From Candidatus Sericytochromatia bacterium (lineage in GTDB: Bacteria > Cyanobacteriota > Sericytochromatia > UBA7694): a stretch of DNA of 64,000 bases. Where the stretch lies: assembly GCA_964229355.1 (NCBI GenBank), contig CAXRDE010000025.1:218823-282822 (forward strand), read 5' to 3'. Of this stretch, positions 26,881-36,339 are shown piece by piece. The position numbers and the translations under genes were made by a program. The notes under the pieces were generated by a model, which was not told the DNA's origin, made no database searches, and saw only the letters and a program-made list of their open reading frames with translations. Position 1 is the stretch's first letter. Every line of letters starts with the position of its first letter.

Positions 26881-29590
26881 TGGAGTTATACAATACCGTT
26901 CCTGCAGAGATGCTGACATTGCCGTTAACGGAACCAATGAAGGTTCCATTGGAGACCGACTTTTCGTAATCATAGGTCACGGAGTTGTTATTGACAATCT
27001 GGAAGCTGCCGTCATTGTTAATGGCCACCGCTAAATTTACTTTGCCGCCGGCGGTAGAAACGCCGGGATCACGCATAGTGCGGGTCAGGGCCGCCGTCAA
27101 CTGCCCCTGATTAATGCCGTTGGGCAAAGGAATTCTCGATTGTCCTCGCAGATTGTCCATGACGCGGCCAAAAGTGCCCGATGGATTGGCGGCAAAGGCT
27201 GCAGCGTCAAGCTGTAAACCAATGACTACCCGTGATACATCTGCGGTTCCGGTGCGTCCACTGCTGTGATTGCTGGAGACAATGCGGGAATTTTGACGGC
27301 TGTAGGTGACGCCGATGCCTCCAGCATCAAAGGTCAGGCGTTCGTTAAAGTCCTCGGTGTTTTGCTGGGTGCGCACTTCACCTTCGTCATAGCGGTTATT
27401 GTTATTGGCATCTTCATAATCGCGATAGGAACTGGTGCTGCTTTCCCGGTTATAGCTCATGGAGACACCGGTGGCTGCTTTGACTTCAGCATTAAAGGTG
27501 GTGCTGCGCCCTGAATAGGCGTGGTCCTCCATAAAGGCGTCGAGCTCACGGCCCCGGCGTAAAATTTCAGCACGATTGCCCACCGGATCGCTCATGAGTG
27601 ACATAATACCTGTCACCTGTTCCCCAAAGGCCTGGACATCCTGGAGTTCATAGAAGGCCACCCCGCCGCTAAAGGCACGCTCTAAGCCCGCACTGGCTTT
27701 AAACAGACCTGCAATTTCAGCCTGGGCGCGCACATCGACAGCAATCTCACCTTTGAGAATATACCCTGCCCCGTGGCCGTAACCCACTTCAGCGGTCAGT
27801 TTCACATTCATACCGGCGGTGACATTGGCAGCCTGGTTACCCAGACCCACCCGGAATCCCAGCCCCACCGAGAAGTGAGAGCCCGGAGCCAGCTTGCCCA
27901 ATTGATCCACCATATACGAAATCTGGGCATCAGGGTTTTCAGCGGCTTGAACCCGCTCTTCAATTTGACCGGCTTGTAAGTCACTGCTGGCAAAACGCTC
28001 TTCGATCAGCGCGTTCACCCCTTCGATTTGTCTGGCCTGCTCTTGCAAACGACCGAGGTCGCTGTCGACCTGACTGGTAAATTGAGACAACTCGCCTGAA
28101 TAAGCCGAAGACTTGACCCGGGTATTGGCATCTCTGGCTTGCACCATAAGATCCAGGGCCTGATCGCGAATGCGCATCGCCTCCGCTGACTCCCCTTGAC
28201 TCTGGGCTTTTAAGGTCTCATATTGGGCCAGTAAGGTGCGGGCCTGATCCAGGTTCTGCGAGGCGGCGTCCACCTGGCTCTGGGCCTGTCCCTGGGTGGC
28301 CAACGCTTGCTCCGAAAGCGCACTGGCTTCGTCCATGCGATTTTCAGCTTCCTGGGTCTTCCATTGGGCCTGGGCCAGATCGCTCACCGCTGCCTGAAAG
28401 CGGTTTGAGGTGCCCGGCACGGCATCGCGCATGGCCGCCTGGTATTCGGCTTCATTGGCAAAGGTGCCGTTTTCTAAGCCCGATTTGAGCTGTTCAAAGC
28501 GCTGAACAAAGGTGCGCATATCGGTGGCATCGTTGGTATAGGTTTGTAAGGCCCCCTGAATATCCGGGGTTTCAGAGGCTCGCGTGCGGCTTCCCGAGGC
28601 GGCACTGCCGTCGATCTGACGCTGGCGCTGAATGGTTTTGGCGGCAAATTTATCAAAGGCGGTATCGGCACTGCCTTTACCCGCGAGACCGGGAAAGGCC
28701 ATGGCCATGGCTGAAATGTCGTTAATATTCTGGCGAATCTGGCGCCGGGATTCGGGATCCATGGCGTCTTCAGGAATGGCGGCCAGGGTTTCCAGGGCTT
28801 TGGTGGCTTCTTCGAGAATGGCTGCCGCTTCATCGCTGCGGGCCGTGGCCCCTGTGCTCTGGGCTTCGCTCACCTGGTTGTACAGCGCACCCATTTGTTC
28901 TGCCAGAGGCTGTAAAGCAGGGTTGGAGGTAGCATAGTCTGCCGCCAACCCTGTAAAGGTCTCTGCCTGTACCGCAAAGAAACCCTCTTGTTGGCGGCTG
29001 GTGGGCGCAGCGGTCATCATAAAGTTATAACTGGCATCGTAAGGTCTACGGGGAGAGCTTTCTCGATCCAGGGCGGTGGTGCGCTCCGTCAGATTGCTGT
29101 TGCTGGCCAAACCCTGCCCCGATTCTGTGGGCATTACGTAAAGGCGATCAACGGTGCGAATTTGGAGCCCTTGTTGCGGCACTTCCACCCCTTCCTGGGT
29201 GGCAAAAGCACCAATATCTTCGGTGGGAATGACAGGGTTGAGCTGTGTTTGTTGTTCGCTGGTTAAATCGTCGAGTTGAATGGTGTTGTTTTGTAAAAGG
29301 TTTTGCAATTGCTCGCGCTCGCCCGCTTCCAGGAGACCGTCTGCAAAAAAGGCCTGCACGTTTGCCATGGCTTCAGATTCAGGAGAAGGGGGTGTGGTTG
29401 AGGTTTCAGAGGTACTGAGTTGAACCTGTGAGGCGGCATTGGGGGCTTCTTCAACAGCAAGGGTTTCAGGGGGTGTACTGGTTTCAGAATCTGTGGGAGC
29501 GGTCGAAGTGAGATCCGAGACATTTCGAGGCGTTACTGGCGTTGCGGGATTGGGAAAGGGGCTGATGACTTTTCTATCTAAATGGGGCAT
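26873..29590 (-). CDS. Large (905 aa) leaderless protein: S/T/P-rich N-terminus, long Q/A/E-rich coiled-coil centre, Gly-rich beta C-terminal domain
   Basis: It is an intact ORF with no signal peptide. Heptad-like coiled-coil segments run from about residue 400 to 560. There is no database-recognisable catalytic motif. Confidence 0.65.
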   Translation of the reverse strand: MPHLDRKVISPFPNPATPVTPRNVSDLTSTAPTDSETSTPPETLAVEEAPNAASQVQLSTSETSTTPPSPESEAMANVQAFFADGLLEAGEREQLQNLLQNNTIQLDDLTSEQQTQLNPVIPTEDIGAFATQEGVEVPQQGLQIRTVDRLYVMPTESGQGLASNSNLTERTTALDRESSPRRPYDASYNFMMTAAPTSRQQEGFFAVQAETFTGLAADYATSNPALQPLAEQMGALYNQVSEAQSTGATARSDEAAAILEEATKALETLAAIPEDAMDPESRRQIRQNINDISAMAMAFPGLAGKGSADTAFDKFAAKTIQRQRQIDGSAASGSRTRASETPDIQGALQTYTNDATDMRTFVQRFEQLKSGLENGTFANEAEYQAAMRDAVPGTSNRFQAAVSDLAQAQWKTQEAENRMDEASALSEQALATQGQAQSQVDAASQNLDQARTLLAQYETLKAQSQGESAEAMRIRDQALDLMVQARDANTRVKSSAYSGELSQFTSQVDSDLGRLQEQARQIEGVNALIEERFASSDLQAGQIEERVQAAENPDAQISYMVDQLGKLAPGSHFSVGLGFRVGLGNQAANVTAGMNVKLTAEVGYGHGAGYILKGEIAVDVRAQAEIAGLFKASAGLERAFSGGVAFYELQDVQAFGEQVTGIMSLMSDPVGNRAEILRRGRELDAFMEDHAYSGRSTTFNAEVKAATGVSMSYNRESSTSSYRDYEDANNNNRYDEGEVRTQQNTEDFNERLTFDAGGIGVTYSRQNSRIVSSNHSSGRTGTADVSRVVIGLQLDAAAFAANPSGTFGRVMDNLRGQSRIPLPNGINQGQLTAALTRTMRDPGVSTAGGKVNLAVAINNDGSFQIVNNNSVTYDYEKSVSNGTFIGSVNGNVSISAGTVLYNSND

Positions 29591-29657
29591 ACTCTTTTAC
29601 CTTTATCGCAGAAATAAAATACAAGGCCAAGAGAACTTATACCCCATCTTAAACGTT

Positions 29658-30008
29658 TTAAAACACGTTTGGGTTAAAATCGCGTAACAAAGGCAAATTT
29701 TGAACGGTGGGAATGGGCGCAGCACTGTTTTCTTGATCCAAAAAATCCAGCAACGTTTTGACGTGGGGGTTGTGGGGTTCAATCTGGCGGGCTTTGCGTA
29801 ACAGGGTATACGCTTCATCGTCAAAGCCGTGGCGTACCGCCAAATAGCCCACGGCCAGATAGGGCTCGGCAGAGGCTTCAGGAAAGTCCTGAATGGCCTG
29901 CTGATAAATGGCAATGGCCTTCAGAACGCCCGCGTCGGAGGCGTCCTGAGCCAGTGCTTCTCGCACGTCTTCTAAGTAGATATCGATGTGCTGAGGTTTA
30001 AGCGTCAT
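29658..30008 (-). CDS. Small TPR-like helical protein (chaperone-like)
   Basis: It has TPR-like helices (AIAIYQQAIQDFPEASAEPYLAVGYLAVRHGFDDEAYTLLRKARQIEP). It is adjacent to the transglycosylase gene on one side and the 905-aa gene on the other. Confidence 0.5.
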   Translation of the reverse strand: MTLKPQHIDIYLEDVREALAQDASDAGVLKAIAIYQQAIQDFPEASAEPYLAVGYLAVRHGFDDEAYTLLRKARQIEPHNPHVKTLLDFLDQENSAAPIPTVQNLPLLRDFNPNVF

Positions 30009-30010
30009 CT

Positions 30011-31276
30011 CTAAAACAGGCTTCCGCCAAAGAGGGTTTTGTACTCGTCGTTCACTTTGTTGGCATAGGTGCTGACATTGGGATCACCGTAACGTTTAAG
30101 GGCTTTTTCGACCCCACGGCCCAGATGCGCGCGGTCGTTGAGTTCATAGCTCATGTACGCCGTCGAGGTCCACACGTTGGCCTTGATATTAAAGCGTTGT
30201 TCGATGGCTCGGGTGCTCTGTACAAAATTGCCTTTGTGCGCATTGTAAGGGGCTTCGCCACGGAATCCCTTGGCAATTCCCGACATGTGGTGCACCTGAC
30301 GAATGGCAATGCCTGTCAACTGGCCCAGGCCGCCTGCACCCGTGTGGCTTTTGGCGCGGGGGTTAATGCCGCCACTTTCATGGGCGAACAGCGCCAGCAT
30401 CATCTTGGGGTCCACCCCAAACTCACGACCCGCAGCGTCGAGTTCCACGGCGATTTCGCGCATTTGTTCGGGCGTGGTGCGGGTGCGTTGGGTATTGCCC
30501 AGCGCCGCATGGTGCTGCTGGTAACGCTGCATGGCTTCGAGTAACTCAGTGGCGCCCGCAGTCAAGCCCGAAGCATCCACAACGGCGGCGGCATCAGTGG
30601 CCGTGGTGCCCTGAGCATTATCACTGTCTTCTACGGGTGCATGACCGTTAGGAATTTTTAACACCATGCCGGGCTGCAGGGCATTGGGTGTTTTTAATTG
30701 ATCGCGGTTGGCTTCAAAAATTTCCATATAGCGCTCAGAATCATCTAAAGTACGCAGGGCCACGATACTCAAAGACTCACCCCGTTTGACGGTGTATTCC
30801 GTAAAAGCGGGCTCGGTGGCGGGTTCGGCAGGAGTTGACGGGGTGGCAGGCGCGGCAGGCGTGGCCGGGGTCTGATTTGCGGGCGGGTCAGGAAAACTCA
30901 CCTGGCGTTCAGCGGGTACGGGAATCTTTAAGGTCATGCCAATGCGCAGGTCACCGGGGTTCATGAGTTGATCGCGGTTGGCTTCAAAAATTTGATTGAA
31001 GTTCTGGGTGCTGCCCAGAAACTTTTTGGCAATCTGACCCAGGGTGTCGCCGCGCTTGACGGTATACATTTCGTACTGAGGCTCCTGGGGTTCGCCAAGG
31101 GCTAAAGACGGGGTGGCACTGCCAAGGGATCCCGCTTGAAACTGGTCTTTGGTTTCGGCCGGGGGCTGCGCGTTGGGAAAGGCCAAAGGCTGAGAAGCAG
31201 TGGGGGTAGCGGGCGCGGCGGGCGTAACCTGAGAAGGAAACGAAAGCTGGCCTGGGGTTGAGTTGATGCGCGGCAT
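30011..31276 (-). CDS. LysM-domain (x2) lytic transglycosylase (SLT domain)
   Basis: It has two LysM repeats (YTVKRGDTLGQIAKKF..., YTVKRGESLSIVALRT...). The C-terminal SLT catalytic region is ALFAHESGG...GLGQLTG. Confidence 0.85.
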   Translation of the reverse strand: MPRINSTPGQLSFPSQVTPAAPATPTASQPLAFPNAQPPAETKDQFQAGSLGSATPSLALGEPQEPQYEMYTVKRGDTLGQIAKKFLGSTQNFNQIFEANRDQLMNPGDLRIGMTLKIPVPAERQVSFPDPPANQTPATPAAPATPSTPAEPATEPAFTEYTVKRGESLSIVALRTLDDSERYMEIFEANRDQLKTPNALQPGMVLKIPNGHAPVEDSDNAQGTTATDAAAVVDASGLTAGATELLEAMQRYQQHHAALGNTQRTRTTPEQMREIAVELDAAGREFGVDPKMMLALFAHESGGINPRAKSHTGAGGLGQLTGIAIRQVHHMSGIAKGFRGEAPYNAHKGNFVQSTRAIEQRFNIKANVWTSTAYMSYELNDRAHLGRGVEKALKRYGDPNVSTYANKVNDEYKTLFGGSLF

Positions 31277-31384
31277 AGGTTAAAAGACTCCCGTCTAAAG
31301 ATCAGCATAAAAGCAATATGCTTATGATTATACCCGTTGACGGCAGTAAACTTGCGCCTTTTTAAAGGATTTTAATACAGAGGC

Positions 31385-31711
31385 TCAGTGCGAAACCCAC
31401 TTGAGACCGATCAAGGAGACTATCAAAGTGCTCAAAAAAAAGAGACGTCCCGGATTCACCGGTTCTTTAAACACCCAAATGCCCACCAGCACGGTACCCA
31501 CGGCTCCAATCCCCGTCCAGACGGCATACGCGGTCCCGATAGGCAACGACTGCGTGGCCTTCATAAGCAGAAGCATGCTGCACGTCAAACACAGCAAAAA
31601 CCCACCATACCAGTACATGGCCATTTGACCTGTGGCGCTTTTGGCCTGCCCTAAACAGCTGGCAAAGGCCACTTCAAATAAACCCGCAACAATTAAGAGT
31701 ATCCAGGCCAT
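31385..31711 (-). CDS. sugE: SMR-family quaternary-ammonium/guanidinium efflux protein SugE
   Basis: The 108-aa, 4-TM protein is near-colinear with E. coli SugE (MAWILLIVAGLFEV... GTAYAVWTGIGAVG...IGLKWVSH). Confidence 0.85.
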   Translation of the reverse strand: MAWILLIVAGLFEVAFASCLGQAKSATGQMAMYWYGGFLLCLTCSMLLLMKATQSLPIGTAYAVWTGIGAVGTVLVGIWVFKEPVNPGRLFFLSTLIVSLIGLKWVSH

Positions 31712-31811
31712 GACATGTTCCTTTCAGAGGATGCAACAAAATGCTGCATCGACAATAAACCGTCCCTATTCTACAGTTAAACATATCTTAAAACATCGCA
31801 GAGGCCTGTTT

Positions 31812-32288
31812 ATGCATCTTCCCATTCCCCCCGCTAGCTTTTGGAGCGCAATGCTGCTCACAGGGTTGCTCGTGCTGCCTGTCTCTGCTCATGGCGGCCA
31901 CAGCAAAGATCCCTATCATCAACATCAACAGGTAAAACAGACCGAAGTGACCCTGCAATACCAACGTGCTGCGGCCTATGCCCAGGAACAAAAAAAAGCC
32001 AAAGTGCCGCTGCCCGCAAACTTTCATGCACAACAGCCCGTTCTCAAAGTGGTGCTACAACGTGAACACAAAGGGATACAAACCCGTATCAAAATCAAGG
32101 TCACCGATGCACAGGGCAAGGCTGTGGGATCTGCTGCAGGCATCACCCCCACGCTGGTGAGTCCTTCTGGCGCAGACCCCCATTACATGCTCCAATTGCC
32201 CCTCAGCAAGGGACGCTACTTCATCATGGTGCAATTTATGACCCCAGAAGGCCTGCAGCGTGCCGCCTTCAGCTTGCCTGTTTCATGA
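31812..32288 (+). CDS. Periplasmic His-rich hypothetical protein
   Basis: It has a signal peptide, HGGHSKDPYHQHQQ and a beta-rich remainder. The start was set at MHLPIPP (31812) to avoid antisense overlap with sugE. Confidence 0.5.
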   Translation: MHLPIPPASFWSAMLLTGLLVLPVSAHGGHSKDPYHQHQQVKQTEVTLQYQRAAAYAQEQKKAKVPLPANFHAQQPVLKVVLQREHKGIQTRIKIKVTDAQGKAVGSAAGITPTLVSPSGADPHYMLQLPLSKGRYFIMVQFMTPEGLQRAAFSLPVS

Positions 32289-32794
32289 GTACCCCCCCGG
32301 ACCCCTGGGATCTCAGTGAGGTAGATGCCCACACGATACAGCAGTTCACCCATCAGCCCCTGGGATGGCAAGATATTCCCTGGGCTGAGCATCTGAGCCA
32401 CCACTGGCACAACCGGTGGGTCTCGTTTCCTATTGTGTTGGCAGTGGTGCTCGTCGTGATCAGTGGTCGTTACGGTCGCCAACCCGCTTTTCATTCCCTT
32501 CTTAGGGGGCTTTGGCTGGCCCTCCTGGGTACCGGCTGGTTAGCGGTGGCCCTGGGGGAATGGCAGTATCGTCATTTTGATGCGGGGCAATGGAGCAATG
32601 TTGCCCAGGTACACCGTTGGGGCGGTTATTTTAGCCTGAGCCTGGGGACCCTGGCCTACGGTGTCTGGGGACGTCGTCAAACATGGCCCGCTCAGCATCT
32701 GGCTTATGGCCGATGGTGGTGGGGCTTTGTGTCATGGTGTGCATTGCTATTCGGCGTGGGACTTCTGGGAGGCCTTTTGAGCAGCGCCCATTAA
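32285..32794 (+). CDS. Integral membrane protein (4 TM), hypothetical
   Basis: Its start overlaps the upstream stop (ATGA). It has HLSHHWHNRW and hydrophobic helices. Confidence 0.5.
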   Translation: MSTPPDPWDLSEVDAHTIQQFTHQPLGWQDIPWAEHLSHHWHNRWVSFPIVLAVVLVVISGRYGRQPAFHSLLRGLWLALLGTGWLAVALGEWQYRHFDAGQWSNVAQVHRWGGYFSLSLGTLAYGVWGRRQTWPAQHLAYGRWWWGFVSWCALLFGVGLLGGLLSSAH

Positions 32795-32895
32795 AAAAAC
32801 ACCGCAGATGCAACAAAATGCTGCACCACCATCCCCTCGAACTTTGCAGAACGCACTGTTACATTACCTGCATAAGATATTTTAAGGAGTTTTTT

Positions 32896-33861
32896 ATGTC
32901 TCGTTCTTTCGTTTTACGTGCCTTTACCGGCTTAACCGCCCTCAGCATCTTCACCGCTTGCGGTGCGCCTGCAGGGGTTTCGAGCCTTGAAGCCAACGGT
33001 GAGGCTTTACCCACCGCTGAAACCCAGGCCATGCGCATTCAATTTACCCCCGAAGTCAATGGCGTTCCTTTCCGCTGTGGTCAGAGCTATACCGGCATTG
33101 GCAGCACCCAGTCGACCCTGACCCCCAAAGACTTTCGCTTGTACGTTAACCAGGTTCAACTGGTGAATGCTGCTGGAGAAAGCGTTCCCATGACCCTGAC
33201 CCAGAACGCCTGGCAGCACGACGACCTGGCGTTGTTAGATTTTGAAGACAAAAGCGGTGACTGCGAAAGCGGTACGGTAGATACCAACTTTGAAATTACC
33301 GGTACCGTGCCAGCAGGCGAATACACGGGCCTTAAGTTTGAGCTGGGTGTCCCCTTTGCCATGAACCACCAGGATGCCAGCAAAGCCCCGTCTCCTCTCA
33401 ATCTCACTTCTATGTTTTGGGTGTGGCGCTTTGGCTACAAGTTTACCCGCATTGACTTTGCCACCACCGGTCAACCCCAGGGGTACTTCATTCACCTGGG
33501 TTCAACGGGCTGTACCGGCACCGCCACAAAAGACACCGAGCACACCATGCATGTACAACATGAAGGCCATGATCACGGTGAAGAGGCTGAAAGCTTAACC
33601 ACGGCACCGCTTCAGTGTGAATACCCCAACCGAGGCACCATTGCGCTGAATAACTTTCAACCCGAAAGCGACAGCATTGTGGTGGATCTTGGCGCTGTGC
33701 TCAAGGACAGTAATGTGGACATTAACCAGCCCGAAACCCCCGGCGGCTGCATGAGCGGTGAAGATGACAGCGACTGTGATGCCATCATGCCTGCCCTGGG
33801 TGTGGCCTTCAAAGGAAAGCCTGCACAACAACGCCTCTTTAGCGTACGCAGCGCCCAATAA
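32896..33861 (+). CDS. MbnP-like periplasmic copper-binding lipoprotein (paralog 1, with His-rich insertion)
   Basis: It has a perfect RBS (AAGGAG) and a lipobox (FTACG). It is paired with a second paralog and a MauG-like di-haem peroxidase, as in MbnP/MbnH. It carries an HTMHVQHEGHDHGEE insertion. Confidence 0.45.
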   Translation: MSRSFVLRAFTGLTALSIFTACGAPAGVSSLEANGEALPTAETQAMRIQFTPEVNGVPFRCGQSYTGIGSTQSTLTPKDFRLYVNQVQLVNAAGESVPMTLTQNAWQHDDLALLDFEDKSGDCESGTVDTNFEITGTVPAGEYTGLKFELGVPFAMNHQDASKAPSPLNLTSMFWVWRFGYKFTRIDFATTGQPQGYFIHLGSTGCTGTATKDTEHTMHVQHEGHDHGEEAESLTTAPLQCEYPNRGTIALNNFQPESDSIVVDLGAVLKDSNVDINQPETPGGCMSGEDDSDCDAIMPALGVAFKGKPAQQRLFSVRSAQ

Positions 33862-33882
33862 ATGACCCATCAGGAGTAGCCC

Positions 33883-34533
33883 ATGAAAGTGAATGTTTTC
33901 TTAGCCAGTGTTGCCAGCGCGTTGATCAGTGTAAGCCCTGCGGCCTTTGCGGCAGCGCAGCCCGTCACCCTGAATTTTCAGGCCACGGTGAACGGTAAGG
34001 CCTTCGACTGTCAACAGGACTATACAAACATTGGCACCCAAAAGAGTACCGTTCAAGTGCAGGATTTTCGCCTGTATGTGAGTGGGCTACGCCTGGTGAA
34101 TGAACAGGGAGCAGAGGTGCCCCTGACCCTGGATCAAAACCCGTTTCAGTATCAAAATGTGGCACTGCTGGATTTTGAGAATGCCACCGGTATGCCTCAG
34201 GGCTATTTTATTCACCTGGGCTCTACCGAATGCCTGGGCTCGGCCAAAGGCAGTACACCAGAACGGGCCACCGAAGCTCCGCTCCAATGTGAACGGCCAA
34301 ACCGCCCGACCATCACCCTTGACGGCTTTGCTCCCGAACAATCTCAGCTTCCGATTCGTCTGGATTTAGGGCGCTTGCTCAGCACCAGCAATGTGAACCA
34401 GAATCAACCCCAAACCGCGGCTGGCTGCATGGCAGGCAAAGACGACACCGATTGCGCAGCCCTCTTTGAGCAGTTGGGTTTGGGCCAGGGCCCCCAGCAG
34501 TTTTTCTTCTGGGAAACGGAGGTCACCCCCTAA
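33883..34533 (+). CDS. MbnP-like periplasmic protein (paralog 2)
   Basis: It is colinear with 32896..33861 (FDCQQDYTNIGTQKSTVQVQDFRLYV.. vs FRCGQSYTGIGSTQSTLTPKDFRLYV..; GYFIHLGST in both). It has a signal peptide. Confidence 0.45.
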   Translation: MKVNVFLASVASALISVSPAAFAAAQPVTLNFQATVNGKAFDCQQDYTNIGTQKSTVQVQDFRLYVSGLRLVNEQGAEVPLTLDQNPFQYQNVALLDFENATGMPQGYFIHLGSTECLGSAKGSTPERATEAPLQCERPNRPTITLDGFAPEQSQLPIRLDLGRLLSTSNVNQNQPQTAAGCMAGKDDTDCAALFEQLGLGQGPQQFFFWETEVTP

Positions 34534-35676
34534 ATGCAACGCTCCTGGTTTCCTTTATTGGCCTGTAGCATGCTGGGCGTGACCGCCTTTTTATCGTGTC
34601 AAAGCCAGGCCGCCGTCTCTCAGCCCCCTGTGCCCGCACCAGCAACGGCAGTAGCAGCCTATCGCTGGGCCCTGCCAGAGGGATTCCCTGTACCCAACGT
34701 GCCCGCCAACAACCCCATGACCGCCGCCAAAGTAGAGCTGGGACGCCACCTGTTTTACGACAAACGCCTGTCCAGCGACGGCAGTATGTCTTGCGCCAGC
34801 TGCCATGAGCAAGCCCGCGCCTTTAGCGATGGCAAAACCGTACCCACCGGTGTCACCGGCGAAAGCCACAGCCGCAATAGCATGGCCCTGTTTAACCTGG
34901 CCTACACCCCCGTGTTGACCTGGGCCAACCCCCAGTTGACCCATCTCGAAACCCAAATGCTGATTCCCCTCTTTGGCGAAGACCCGCCCGAGCTGGGTAT
35001 GGTGGGCAAAGAGCAAGCGCTGTTGCAAACCCTGGCCGCTGTCCCTTTGTACCAAACCCAGTTCAAGGCTGCTTTTCCAGGGGTCGAAAACCCCTTTACC
35101 TTACAACACTTAACCGAGGCCCTGGCAAGCTTTGAACGCAGTTTGGTGTCGGCCGATAGCCCTTATGATCGGTATGTGTATGGGGGAGACGAGACGGCCA
35201 TGTCAGCTTCGGCACTGCGGGGAGAAGCCCTGTTTTTTAGCGAGCGGCTGGAATGCTTTCACTGCCACGGCGGCTTTAACTTCTCAGACAGCACCCAGCA
35301 CGCGGGCAGCACCTTTTTAGAGTTTAACTTTCACAATACCGGGCTTTATGCTGAGTACCCGGCCAACGCCCAGGGTCTCAAAGATGTGACCGGTAAAGCG
35401 AGCGATAGCGGCAAATTCAGAGCACCAAGCCTGCGCAACATTGCCGTCAGTGCACCGTATATGCACGATGGCAGCGTAGCGGATCTTGAAGCCGTTATCG
35501 ACCACTATGCCGCAGGGGGACGGGCCGATCATGTCAACAAAAGTGGCTTTGTCAAAGGGTTTACCCTCAACGCCCAGGAGCGCGCCGATCTGCTGGCCTT
35601 TTTAGAGAGCCTGACCGATGAACGTTTTTTAACAAACCCGGCCCACAGCGATCCCTTTGCGTCAAAGGGGTTATAA
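34534..35676 (+). CDS. Di-haem cytochrome c peroxidase family protein (MauG/MbnH-like)
   Basis: It has two CxxCH motifs (CASCHE..., CFHCHGGF) and a signal peptide. Its 380 aa are typical of CCP/MauG. The ATG directly follows the upstream stop. Confidence 0.85.
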   Translation: MQRSWFPLLACSMLGVTAFLSCQSQAAVSQPPVPAPATAVAAYRWALPEGFPVPNVPANNPMTAAKVELGRHLFYDKRLSSDGSMSCASCHEQARAFSDGKTVPTGVTGESHSRNSMALFNLAYTPVLTWANPQLTHLETQMLIPLFGEDPPELGMVGKEQALLQTLAAVPLYQTQFKAAFPGVENPFTLQHLTEALASFERSLVSADSPYDRYVYGGDETAMSASALRGEALFFSERLECFHCHGGFNFSDSTQHAGSTFLEFNFHNTGLYAEYPANAQGLKDVTGKASDSGKFRAPSLRNIAVSAPYMHDGSVADLEAVIDHYAAGGRADHVNKSGFVKGFTLNAQERADLLAFLESLTDERFLTNPAHSDPFASKGL

Positions 35677-35678
35677 GT

Positions 35679-36200
35679 CTACGGCACAAGCCGATCAAAC
35701 TGCTGCAAGTGCTGTTGTTTTAAAAGAAGGTAGGTTTCATGGGTTTTTGCCTTGTCCCAATAGGTTTTAAAAATACGTGCACTCGCCGCTTTTTTCGGGT
35801 CTATTTGTCGCGGTAAAATCTGCTCTCTCAGGTGCTTGCTTTCTTCTGAAGTGGCCGCTTGCTGAGGGTTGGACGGGTATTTTTTACCGCCCTTGTAATT
35901 GGCGTAGCGACGGGATCGGGTGTAACCCATTTGCAAGAATTTGCGGGCCATATCAGCGCCTACAAAGTCTTTATTTTTAAGGTATTCACAAAACAGGGCA
36001 TAAATGGCAACAGCTGAAGCTTCTGCAATTTCTGGCGTTTTAAAACGCCAGTGGGGCAAAATTTCGGACTTATAGGGTTCGACGAGTAAGACCCCCTGTT
36101 CGCCCTTACCAACGCGATAAAGTTCAGGATGTTCACGAAAATTCAACGCTTCAAAATTTAGGCTGTAGTCAAAAATATACTGTAAATGCTTCATAAGCAC
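35679..36200 (-). CDS. Conserved hypothetical protein
   Basis: It is an intact 173-aa ORF with no motif recognised. Confidence 0.5.
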   Translation of the reverse strand: MLMKHLQYIFDYSLNFEALNFREHPELYRVGKGEQGVLLVEPYKSEILPHWRFKTPEIAEASAVAIYALFCEYLKNKDFVGADMARKFLQMGYTRSRRYANYKGGKKYPSNPQQAATSEESKHLREQILPRQIDPKKAASARIFKTYWDKAKTHETYLLLKQQHLQQFDRLVP

Positions 36201-36339
36201 GATTATCTCAAAGGTCTCTGCTTGTACTGCAAGATGATCACCCTGGAGAATCCCTGCTTTTAATAGAACTTAAACACCCCGCAAGCCGCAAAAGCCCGCT
36301 ATACTACAGCATCACCCATCACAGGTAAAAGGTTCTTAC

